Below, in pieces: positions 34,253 to 41,237 of a stretch of DNA of 41,237 nt (position 1 is the first letter of the stretch; each line of letters begins with the position of its first letter). This DNA comes from Actinomycetota bacterium (lineage in GTDB: Bacteria; Actinomycetota; CALGFH01). The notes beneath the pieces are model-generated. The model was not told where the DNA came from and searched no databases. It worked only from the letters and a program-made list of their open reading frames with translations. The stretch lies in the NCBI GenBank assembly GCA_036280995.1, contig DASUPQ010000468.1, positions 1 to 41,237 on the forward strand, written 5' to 3'. Position numbers and translations under genes: made by a program.

Positions 34253-34438
34253 ATGTCGAAGGCGCTCATGGGCTACGTAGGTCAGCCGCCCGCGTACATG
34301 ATCCTGCGGGAGCTGAATGCCCTCAAAGCGCGTGTCGCCGAGCTCGAGCGGCACCTCGCGGTAGCGGAGCAGGAGCTCGCCCTTCGCGAGGTCGAGGACT
34401 TCCGCCCCTCGACCACCAAGGAAGCGGCCCTGGCCTAG
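34253..34438 (+). CDS. Small (61 aa) predicted coiled-coil protein
   Basis: The ATG lies 8 nt after GGGAGGAG. The translation is MSKALMGYVGQPPAYMILRELNALKARVAELERHLAVAEQELALREVEDFRPSTTKEAALA, with a heptad-like Leu/Val pattern. A strong hairpin follows. Several A/T-ending codons (gta, aat, aaa, ctt, gaa) are atypical for this genome. Confidence 0.5.
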   Translation: MSKALMGYVGQPPAYMILRELNALKARVAELERHLAVAEQELALREVEDFRPSTTKEAALA

Positions 34439-34456
34439 CCAGGGTTTCGTCTATTT

Positions 34457-34480
34457 CGGGGCCTCCCGCGGGAGGCCCCG
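34457..34480 (+). terminator. Perfect 24-nt palindrome (GC hairpin) after the small ORF
   Basis: CGGGGCCTCCCG/CGGGAGGCCCCG begins 18 nt after the TAG. It has no U-tract, which is common in actinobacterial terminators. Confidence 0.5.
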
Positions 34481-34528
34481 AACGTTCGCCCCATCGGCGC
34501 CGACATCCCCGGGATCGTCCGATCCCCG

Positions 34529-34537
34529 TGCTAGCAT
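34529..34537 (+). promoter_or_regulatory. Extended -10 element (TGcTAGCAT) 11 nt upstream of the smc ATG
   Basis: It matches the TGnTAnnnT pattern. No SD lies before ATG 34549, which is consistent with a very short or absent leader. Confidence 0.3.
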
Positions 34538-34548
34538 CAGCCGGCCTG

Positions 34549-37500
34549 ATGTTCCTCAAGTCGCTGACCCTGCGCGGGTTCAAGTCGTTCGCCGAGAAGA
34601 CCACCCTGGACTTCGAGCCGGGGATCACGGTCATCGTCGGCCCCAACGGTTCCGGCAAGTCCAACGTGGTCGACGCCGTCGCCTGGGTGCTGGGCGAGCA
34701 GGGCCCCAAGTCGCTGCGCGGCGGCAAGATGGAGGACGTCATCTTCGCCGGCACGGGCAGCCGCGGCGCCCTCGGCCGGGCCGAGGTCGCCCTCACCATC
34801 GACAACTCGGCCGGGCTGCTGCCCATCGAGTACAGCGAGGTGACCGTCACCCGGCTGCTGTACCGCTCCGGCGAGAGCGAGTACGCCATCAACGGCACCA
34901 CCTGCCGGCTGCTCGACATCCAGGAGCTGCTGTCCGACACCGGCGTCGGCCGCGAGCTGCACACCGTGCTCGGGCAGAACCGCCTCGAGGACGTGCTCCA
35001 GGGCCGGCCCGAGGACCGCCGGGCGGCCATCGAGGAGGCGGCCGGGGTGTACAAGCACCGCCGCCGCAAGGAGAAGGCGCTGCGCAAGCTGGCCGGCATG
35101 GAGCAGCACCTGGTCAGGCTGTCCGACCTCGTCGGGGAGCTGCGCCGCCAGCTCAAGCCGTTGCAGCAGCAGGCCGAGACGGCGGCCAGGGCGGCCGAGG
35201 TCGCCGCCGAGCTGCGCGAGGTCCGCCTCACCCTGCGGGCCAGGGAGCTGGCCGGGGTCCGCCAGCGCTCGGCGTCGCTGGACGCCGAGGAGGCCGCCTT
35301 CGCCGCCCGGCTGGCCGAGCTGGAGCAGCGCCACGACGCCGAGGAGGCGCGCGAGCGCGGCTTCCAGGCCGAGCTGGCCGAGCTGGAGCCCCTGGCCGGC
35401 CGGGCCACCGACGCCGTGCACCGCCTGGCCACCGTGCGCGAGCGCCTCCGGGGCACGGTCGCCCTGGCCGAGGCCCGTGCCCGCCACCTGGCCGAGTCGC
35501 TGGCCACCGAGCACGAGGGCCGCTCCGTGGCCGACCTGGAACGGGAGGCGGCCGAGGTCGCCGCGGAGCTCGGCCGGGTCGAGGACGAGCTGGCCGCGAC
35601 CACCGCCACCGCGACCGAGGCCGCGGCCGTCCGCAACCGCGCCCGGGCCGCCCTGGCCGCCTTCGACCAGGCCGCCGCCCGGGCCGAGCGGGACCGGGCC
35701 ACCGCCCACCGGCGCGAGGTCCGCCTGGCCAGCGAGGTCGCCGGGCTGGAGCGGACGATCGAGCAGATGGAGGCCGAGACGGCCCGGCTGCGCGAGCAGG
35801 CGGGCGCGGTCGAGCGCCGCCGGGCCGAGACGGCCGCCCTCCTGGACCGGTTCCGGGCCGAGCGGGCCGATCTGGAGGCCCAGCAGGCCGGCCGGGACGC
35901 CGACCGGCGGGCGGCCGAGGAGCAGCGCGACCAGCGGGCCGCCGCCGCCCGGTCCCTGGCCGCCGAAGAGCGGCGGGTCGAGGCGGAACGGGCCGCCGCC
36001 CGCGCCCGACGCGAGGCGTTCGAGGCCACCGCCCGGGCGGCCGGCGGCGACGCCCTCGCCTTCCTGGAGGGCGCCGGCCGCGACGGCGTCCTCGGCCCCC
36101 TCGCCCCTGCCCTCTCGGTCGACCCCGGCTACGAGGCCGCGGTCGCCGCCGCCCTGGGCCCCGACGCCGACGCCATCGTGGTCGCCGGCCCCACCGTCGC
36201 CACCGGCGGCGCCCGCCTCCTCCGCGACGCCGGCAGCGGCCGCGCCATCCTCCTCCATCCCTCGGCGAACGGGTCGGCCCCGGACCCCGGAACCAACGGC
36301 TCGCCGTCGCTGCTCGACCGGGTGGCCACCGCCGGGGTGGCCGGAGAGGTGGCCAGGGCGCTGCTGGACGGGGTGCTGGTCGCCGACGACCTGGAGCAGG
36401 CCAGGGAGCTGCTGGAACGGCATCCCGGGGGACGGGTCGTGACCCGGGCCGGGGAGCTGCTGGCGGCGGGGCGGGTCGAGGGCGGGGTGGTGCCCGAGGC
36501 GAACGGGCTGGCCGCGCGGCGGGCCGCCGACGAGGCCGCCAAGGCCGAGGCGGCGACGGCCGCGACCCTGGAGCGGGTCGGGGCCGAGCTGCGCGCGGCC
36601 CAGCAGGAGCTGGAGGCGGCCGAGGGGCGGGCCGCCGACGCGGCCCGGGCCCTGCGCGACGCCCAGGCGGCCGTGCGGCGCCTCGACGACCGGGCCACCC
36701 TCGCCGGCAAGGAGCTGCGCGGCCTGGAACGGGAGGCGGCCGCGGCGGCCGAGCGCCTGCACGAGCTCGACGCCGGCCGCGAACGGGCCGCCGCCCGCCT
36801 GGCCACCGCCCAGACCGACCTGGCCATCGCCCCCCGGCAGGGGGTGCTCGCCGGGACCGGGGCCGAACGCGACGCCGAGCTGCTCGCCGGCGGGCGGCCG
36901 CCCCTGGTCGAGGCCCTCGACCAGGCCGAGCAGGCCGCCACCGCCGCCCGGGTGGCCGGCGCCGCCGTTGGCGAGCGGCGCCGGCTCCTCGACCAGCGCC
37001 TGGCCGAGCTCCGCGCCCTGGCCGCCGCCGAGGTCGAGGCGGCCGAGCAGCGGGCCCGGGCCCGCGGGGCCCGCCTCGACGGCGCCCGCCGGGCCGGGGT
37101 GGCCGCCACCGCCGGGGCCACCGCCCTGGCCCGGCTGGAGCGGTCCCTGGCCGCCGCCGCCGCCGAGCGCGACCGCCTGGCCGGCACCCTCCAGGCGGCC
37201 CGGGAAGGCCTGGCCGCGGCCAGCGCCACCCGCCGCGAGGCCACCGCCGCCCTCGACGAGCACCACGCCGTCACCCGGGCCTCCGACGAGGCCAGGGTCG
37301 AGGCCCGCCTGCGCGCCGAGGAGCTGGGCAAGCGCATCGTCGAGGAGTTCGCCATCGACCCCGACGAGGCCATGGCCGAGTACCTGCCCGGCGAGGCCCG
37401 CCTGGCCGAGCTGCCCGAGCCCGACCCGCGCCGCCAGCCCTCGACCGAGCTGCGCCGGGTCGCCACCGCCCTCGACCGCCGCCTCACCCTGCTGGGCCGG

Positions 37501-38133
37501 GTCAACCCCCTGGCCCTGGAGGAGTTCAAGGCCCTGGAGGAGCGCTACAGCTTCCTCTCCAGCCAGCTCCAGGACCTCAAGGAGAGCCGCCGCGACCTGC
37601 TCAAGGTGGTCAGGGCGGTCGACGAGCGGGTCCGGGAGGTGTTCGGCTCGGCCTTCGAGGACGTGGCCCGCGAATTCGAGCGCACCTTCGGGCTGCTGTT
37701 CCCCGGCGGCGAGGGCCGCCTCGTCCTCACCGACCCCGACGACCTCCTGGCCAGCGGGATCGAGGTCGAGGCCCGGCCCCCCGGCAAGAAGGTCCGCCGC
37801 CTGTCGCTGCTGTCGGGCGGCGAGCGCAGCCTGGTCGCCCTGGCCTTCTACTTCGCCATCTTCCGGGCCCGCCCCAGCCCCTTCTACGTCCTCGACGAGG
37901 TCGAGGCCGCCCTCGACGACGTCAACCTGCACCGCTTCCTCGACCTGCTCGACGACGCCCGCGAGCACGCCCAGCTGCTGGTCGTCAGCCACCAGCGCCG
38001 GACCATGGAGGCGGCCGACGCCCTCTACGGCGTTTCCATGCAGGCCGAGGGTGTCAGCAAGGTCGTGAGCCGGCGGCTCCGCTCTGGCACCCTCGACGGG
38101 AACGACGAGGCCGTCGCCGTCGCAACGAGGTGA
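34549..38133 (+). CDS. smc: Chromosome partition protein SMC
   Basis: 1194 aa. The N-terminal head reads MFLKSLTLRGFKSFAEKTTLDFEPGITVIVGPNGSGKSNVVDA. Long Ala/Glu/Arg coiled coils follow. The hinge reads GVLGPLAPALSVDPGYEAAVAAALG. The signature motif is LSGGERSLVALAFYFAIF, and Walker B is FYVLDEVEAALD. Confidence 0.95.
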   Translation: MFLKSLTLRGFKSFAEKTTLDFEPGITVIVGPNGSGKSNVVDAVAWVLGEQGPKSLRGGKMEDVIFAGTGSRGALGRAEVALTIDNSAGLLPIEYSEVTVTRLLYRSGESEYAINGTTCRLLDIQELLSDTGVGRELHTVLGQNRLEDVLQGRPEDRRAAIEEAAGVYKHRRRKEKALRKLAGMEQHLVRLSDLVGELRRQLKPLQQQAETAARAAEVAAELREVRLTLRARELAGVRQRSASLDAEEAAFAARLAELEQRHDAEEARERGFQAELAELEPLAGRATDAVHRLATVRERLRGTVALAEARARHLAESLATEHEGRSVADLEREAAEVAAELGRVEDELAATTATATEAAAVRNRARAALAAFDQAAARAERDRATAHRREVRLASEVAGLERTIEQMEAETARLREQAGAVERRRAETAALLDRFRAERADLEAQQAGRDADRRAAEEQRDQRAAAARSLAAEERRVEAERAAARARREAFEATARAAGGDALAFLEGAGRDGVLGPLAPALSVDPGYEAAVAAALGPDADAIVVAGPTVATGGARLLRDAGSGRAILLHPSANGSAPDPGTNGSPSLLDRVATAGVAGEVARALLDGVLVADDLEQARELLERHPGGRVVTRAGELLAAGRVEGGVVPEANGLAARRAADEAAKAEAATAATLERVGAELRAAQQELEAAEGRAADAARALRDAQAAVRRLDDRATLAGKELRGLEREAAAAAERLHELDAGRERAAARLATAQTDLAIAPRQGVLAGTGAERDAELLAGGRPPLVEALDQAEQAATAARVAGAAVGERRRLLDQRLAELRALAAAEVEAAEQRARARGARLDGARRAGVAATAGATALARLERSLAAAAAERDRLAGTLQAAREGLAAASATRREATAALDEHHAVTRASDEARVEARLRAEELGKRIVEEFAIDPDEAMAEYLPGEARLAELPEPDPRRQPSTELRRVATALDRRLTLLGRVNPLALEEFKALEERYSFLSSQLQDLKESRRDLLKVVRAVDERVREVFGSAFEDVAREFERTFGLLFPGGEGRLVLTDPDDLLASGIEVEARPPGKKVRRLSLLSGGERSLVALAFYFAIFRARPSPFYVLDEVEAALDDVNLHRFLDLLDDAREHAQLLVVSHQRRTMEAADALYGVSMQAEGVSKVVSRRLRSGTLDGNDEAVAVATR

Positions 38134-38141
38134 GGTAGGGA

Positions 38142-39323
38142 GTGGAAGGGCTGCAGATCCTGCTCGTGGTCGCCGCCACCCTGGTGATCGTGAGCCTGCT
38201 GGCCGTGGTGCCGCTGGTCGCCGGGCGCCGCCGGCGCCAGGACGCCGACGAGGTCCGCCAGGTCGACCTGGACCGTGAGCCGGGCGTCGGCGACGACGCC
38301 GGGCAGCCGCCAAGGCCGGGCCGGGAGGTCGCCGACGTCGACCTCCCCCCCGACGACCGCGGCGTGGCCACCGCGGCCCCGCCGGCCGAGGAGGTCATCG
38401 CCCCCCGGCGGCGCTTCCGCGAGCGCCTCGGCCGCTCCCGGGCCGCCCTCTCCCGCGGCATGGCCGGGCTGCTGGCCAGGGGCGCCGACGACGACGAGGC
38501 CTGGGAGGAGCTGGAGGAGGCGCTGCTCGCGGCCGACGTGGGCGTGGCCACCTCCACCGAGCTGGTCGAGCGGCTGCGGACCCGGGCCCGGGCCGAGCGG
38601 GCCAGCGGCCCCGAGCTGCGCGAGCTGCTCCGGGCCGAGCTCCGCGACGCCGTCGGGTCCGGCGACCGGTCGCTCGCCCTCGACCTGCTCGAGGACCACC
38701 AGCGCCCCGGGATCGTGCTGGTCGTCGGCGTCAACGGCACCGGCAAGACGACCACCGTCGGCAAGCTCGCCCTGGCCCTGGCCGAGGAGGGCAAGCAGCC
38801 GGTGCTGGCCGCCGCCGACACCTTCCGGGCCGCCGCCACCGAGCAGCTGGTCATCTGGGGCGACCGCGTCGGCGCCCCGGTCGTCCGCCACCAGCAGGGC
38901 GCCGACCCGGCCGCGGTCGCCTTCGACGGCCTCGCCTCGGCCCGGGCCCGGGGCGCCGACGTCCTCCTGGTCGACACCGCCGGCCGCCTCCACACCAAGA
39001 CCAACCTCATGGAGGAGCTGCGCAAGCTCCGCCGGGTCCTGGAGCGCGAGGGCGGCCAGATCCGCGAGGTCCTCCTGGTCCTCGACGCCACCACCGGCCA
39101 GAACGGCCTCGCCCAGGCCCGCCAGTTCACCGACGCCGTCGGCGTCACCGGGGTCGTCCTGACCAAGCTCGACGGCACCGCCAAGGGCGGCATCGTCATC
39201 GCCGTCCAGCGCGACCTCGGCATCCCGGTCAAGCTCGTCGGTCTCGGCGAAGGCCCCCACGACCTCGCCCCCTTCGACCCCGACGCCTTCGTGGACGCGC
39301 TGCTGTCCGACGACGGCGCCTAG
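38142..39323 (+). CDS. ftsY: Signal recognition particle receptor FtsY
   Basis: 393 aa. An N-terminal TM/acidic region is followed by the NG domain with GVNGTGKTTTVGKLA, DTAGRL and TKLDGTAKGG. Confidence 0.95.
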   Translation: MEGLQILLVVAATLVIVSLLAVVPLVAGRRRRQDADEVRQVDLDREPGVGDDAGQPPRPGREVADVDLPPDDRGVATAAPPAEEVIAPRRRFRERLGRSRAALSRGMAGLLARGADDDEAWEELEEALLAADVGVATSTELVERLRTRARAERASGPELRELLRAELRDAVGSGDRSLALDLLEDHQRPGIVLVVGVNGTGKTTTVGKLALALAEEGKQPVLAAADTFRAAATEQLVIWGDRVGAPVVRHQQGADPAAVAFDGLASARARGADVLLVDTAGRLHTKTNLMEELRKLRRVLEREGGQIREVLLVLDATTGQNGLAQARQFTDAVGVTGVVLTKLDGTAKGGIVIAVQRDLGIPVKLVGLGEGPHDLAPFDPDAFVDALLSDDGA

Positions 39324-40000
39324 CCCGGCGACCCGGGCGGCGCGGCGCCCTCGTCCGGGAGCAGGGCGGCGGCCAGGCTGGCGGCGAACCAGCGCTCCCA
39401 CTCGTCCAGGGCCCAGCCCCGCTCCAGGACCAGCAGGCGGTAGGTGTCGGGGGCGGTGTGGAGCCAGATGAGGTCGCGGGCGCGCTCCACCGGCAGGCCG
39501 GGGGCGAGGGCGCCGGTCTCGGCCAGGTGGGTGGCCAGGGCGGTGGCGCCCGTGAGCCGCTCGCGGTCGATGGTGGCCGCCAACTCCTGGAGGTCGGGCT
39601 CGCCGGCACGGGCCGCGGCCAGCAGGGCACTGGTCAGGGGACCGGCCCGCTCCAGCATGGCCCGGCCGATGGCGGCGTACCGGGCCAGCTTGCCGCGCGG
39701 GTCGGGGTCGGCGGCCAGCGCCTGGAGGGCGGGCCGGCGAGCGAGCGGCACGGGGTCGACGTCGCCGGCCAGCAGCACGTCGTAGACCCGCTTGACCAGC
39801 CGCGGCTTGGGCCCCAACACCTTGTAGAGCAGGGCGACCGAGACGCCGGCCTCGGCGGCCAGGTCGGCCATGGCCAGCCCGGCGTAGCCGCGCTCCAGCA
39901 GCAGCCGGTGCGCGGTGTCGACGACCCGCTGCTCGGTGCGCCGGGCGGCGGCGGCCCGGCGGGCGTTGTCGTAGGCGCGGGTCTTGACAGGACGCGGCAA
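39320..40000 (-). CDS. TetR/AcrR family transcriptional regulator
   Basis: 226 aa. The HTH region reads TEQRVVDTAHRLLLERGYAGLAMADLAAEAGVSVALLYKVLGPK. It has a TTG start. Confidence 0.85.
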   Translation of the reverse strand: MPRPVKTRAYDNARRAAAARRTEQRVVDTAHRLLLERGYAGLAMADLAAEAGVSVALLYKVLGPKPRLVKRVYDVLLAGDVDPVPLARRPALQALAADPDPRGKLARYAAIGRAMLERAGPLTSALLAAARAGEPDLQELAATIDRERLTGATALATHLAETGALAPGLPVERARDLIWLHTAPDTYRLLVLERGWALDEWERWFAASLAAALLPDEGAAPPGSPG

Positions 40001-40004
40001 TTTA

Positions 40005-40021
40005 GTAGAACCTCATTCTAC
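40005..40021. promoter_or_regulatory. Inverted repeat GTAGAA-n5-TTCTAC in the tetR/snoaL divergent gap (candidate TetR operator)
   Basis: Seen directly in the only AT-rich stretch of this 49-nt gap. A third half-site-like GTAGCA occurs at about 40029. Confidence 0.4.
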
Positions 40022-40049
40022 CGAAAGAGTAGCACGAGGAGACGACAGC

Positions 40050-40571
40050 ATGGACACGCGCACGGCGACCGCCCACGACCTCGTGCGGCGGAGCCTGCGG
40101 CTGATGCAGGCCTGGGACGACGCCGAGGCGGCCGAGCTCATCCACCCCGACGCCGCCAACGACGAGGCGGTCAGTGAGCCGCCGGACGCCCGGGGCCGCG
40201 GGCCGGCCGCGTTCAAGGCGACCTACGACTGGCTTCACGCCACCTTCGAGGAGCTGCGCTGGGACGTGGAGGACCTGGTGGCCGAGGGCGACCTGGTCGT
40301 CGCCCGCACCGTGATGCGCGGCCGGCAGGTGGCGCCGTTCGTGACCTACGGCCCCGACGGCCGGCCGGCCCAGGTGTTCGCCTCCAACGGCCGGTCGTTC
40401 GCCAGCTCCCAGACGCACTGGTACCGCCTGGCCGAGGGCCGCATCGTCGGCCACGCCGCCGACCGCGACGACCTCGGCCAGGCCCGCCAGCTCGGCTGGG
40501 TTCCGCCCACCCCGGCCTTCCTGCTTCGCTCGGCCCTGGCCAGGCGCCGCCTGCGCCGCGCCACCCCCTGA
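40050..40571 (+). CDS. SnoaL-like / NTF2-fold (ester cyclase-like) protein
   Basis: The ATG follows GAGGAG. The pattern ...LIHPDAANDEA...RGPAAFKATYDWLHATFEELRWDVEDLVAEGDLVVARTVMRGR...HWYRLAEGRIVGHAADRDDLG is typical of SnoaL-like polyketide-cyclase-fold proteins. Confidence 0.65.
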   Translation: MDTRTATAHDLVRRSLRLMQAWDDAEAAELIHPDAANDEAVSEPPDARGRGPAAFKATYDWLHATFEELRWDVEDLVAEGDLVVARTVMRGRQVAPFVTYGPDGRPAQVFASNGRSFASSQTHWYRLAEGRIVGHAADRDDLGQARQLGWVPPTPAFLLRSALARRRLRRATP

Positions 40572-40595
40572 CCCCGGCCCACCGGGGTCAGGCGC

Positions 40596-41234
40596 TCACC
40601 CGGCCTGGCGCTCCCCGCCCAGGTGGCCGCGGAGGAACCCGACCGTGTCCGACCAGGCCTCGGCGGCCTGGTCGGGGGCGTGGAGGGGCACGTCGCGGTT
40701 GGCGAAGGAATGCTCGGTGCCCGGCCAGGTGCGGACGCGCACCTCGGTGCCGGCGGCCCGGAGGGCGGCCACGAACCCGTCGAAGAACTCCGGGGGGTCG
40801 AACTCCTCGACCTCGGCGAGCTGCAGCAGGACCGGGCAGCGGATGGCGGCGGCCCGCTCGGGGTCCAGGGCGGCGTAGTACACGGCGGCCGCGTCGTAGG
40901 CCCCGGTGGTGGCCTGGAGCAGGGTGAGGAACCCGCCCATGGAGAAGCCGAGACCGCCGACGGGGCCGCCGCCGGCGCGCTCGCGCAGGTCGGCGGTGGC
41001 GGCGTCCAGCCGGGCCCGGGCCGCGTCGTTGTCCAGGGCCTCCATCAGCGCCTCGGCCTGGCCGGAGTCGGTGGTGGTGCGGCCGTCGTACAGGTCCGGG
41101 GCCAGGGCCGCCAGCCCGGCCGCGGCCAGCTCGTCGCAGCCGGCCCGGACGTGCGGGAGCAGGCCGTACCAGTCGTGGACGACCAGCACCCCGGCCGTCG
41201 CCGGGCCGGACGGTTCGGCAAGGTAGTCGGGCAT
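40596..41234 (-). CDS. Dienelactone hydrolase family protein
   Basis: 212 aa. The sequence reads GVLVVHDWYGL..., with the nucleophile elbow GLGFSMGG and a C-terminal GTEHSF. Confidence 0.85.
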   Translation of the reverse strand: MPDYLAEPSGPATAGVLVVHDWYGLLPHVRAGCDELAAAGLAALAPDLYDGRTTTDSGQAEALMEALDNDAARARLDAATADLRERAGGGPVGGLGFSMGGFLTLLQATTGAYDAAAVYYAALDPERAAAIRCPVLLQLAEVEEFDPPEFFDGFVAALRAAGTEVRVRTWPGTEHSFANRDVPLHAPDQAAEAWSDTVGFLRGHLGGERQAG

Positions 41235-41237
41235 GGT

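Noticed and set aside
34037-34354. 105-aa minus-strand ORF inside the acyP-smc leader region
   Set aside because: It has no SD and no motifs, and it overlaps the better-supported plus-strand small ORF. Its composition is unremarkable.
34537-38313. 1258-aa minus-strand ORF antisense to smc
   Set aside because: Same reasoning. smc is unambiguous on the plus strand, and the antisense translation is Gly/Pro/Ala/Arg junk.

Overview
This is a very GC-rich (roughly 70% or more by eye, not computed), densely packed chromosomal window with about 45 genes. It looks like conserved actinobacterial core. The backbone runs HU with an Ala/Lys tail, cofC(fbiD), plsC, ddl, thiL, thiD, rpmB, recG, rsmD, coaD, yceD(DUF177), rpmF, rnc, fpg/mutM, acyP, smc, ftsY. 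That order matches what I recall for Streptomyces and Mycobacterium. Metabolic genes are interspersed: metG, a trans-sulfuration PLP enzyme, aspC, serC, pckA, an amine oxidase/aldehyde dehydrogenase pair, and F420-type PPOX. Small regulators are also present (MarR, AsnC-type, two TrmB-like, TetR). I found no rRNA, tRNA, CRISPR array, transposase, integrase or recognisable defence operon. The only mobile element is a 344-aa intein with a LAGLIDADG homing endonuclease, inserted between the Lys and Thr of the RecG Walker A motif (GSGK|T). It starts with Ala and carries the Trp(B12)/Cys(F4)/Thr(G5) signature of class 3 inteins. Secondary points of interest are: (1) a less GC-rich, promoter-bearing, hairpin-rich leader plus a 61-codon coiled-coil ORF upstream of smc; (2) a tandem pair of TrmB-like paralogs between recG and rsmD; (3) a ClpC-N-domain protein fused to an unassigned C-terminal domain; (4) an ECF sigma fragment with only the sigma-2 domain and no in-frame stop before it runs antisense into metG; (5) tandem Fpg/Nei paralogs; (6) four convergent gene pairs sharing a palindromic CTAG double stop; (7) apparent CTG initiation at thiL and at the second TrmB-like gene. 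Many very long ORFs in the track are antisense or out-of-frame shadow ORFs typical of high-GC DNA and were rejected. All family calls rest on motif recognition by eye; no database search was run.
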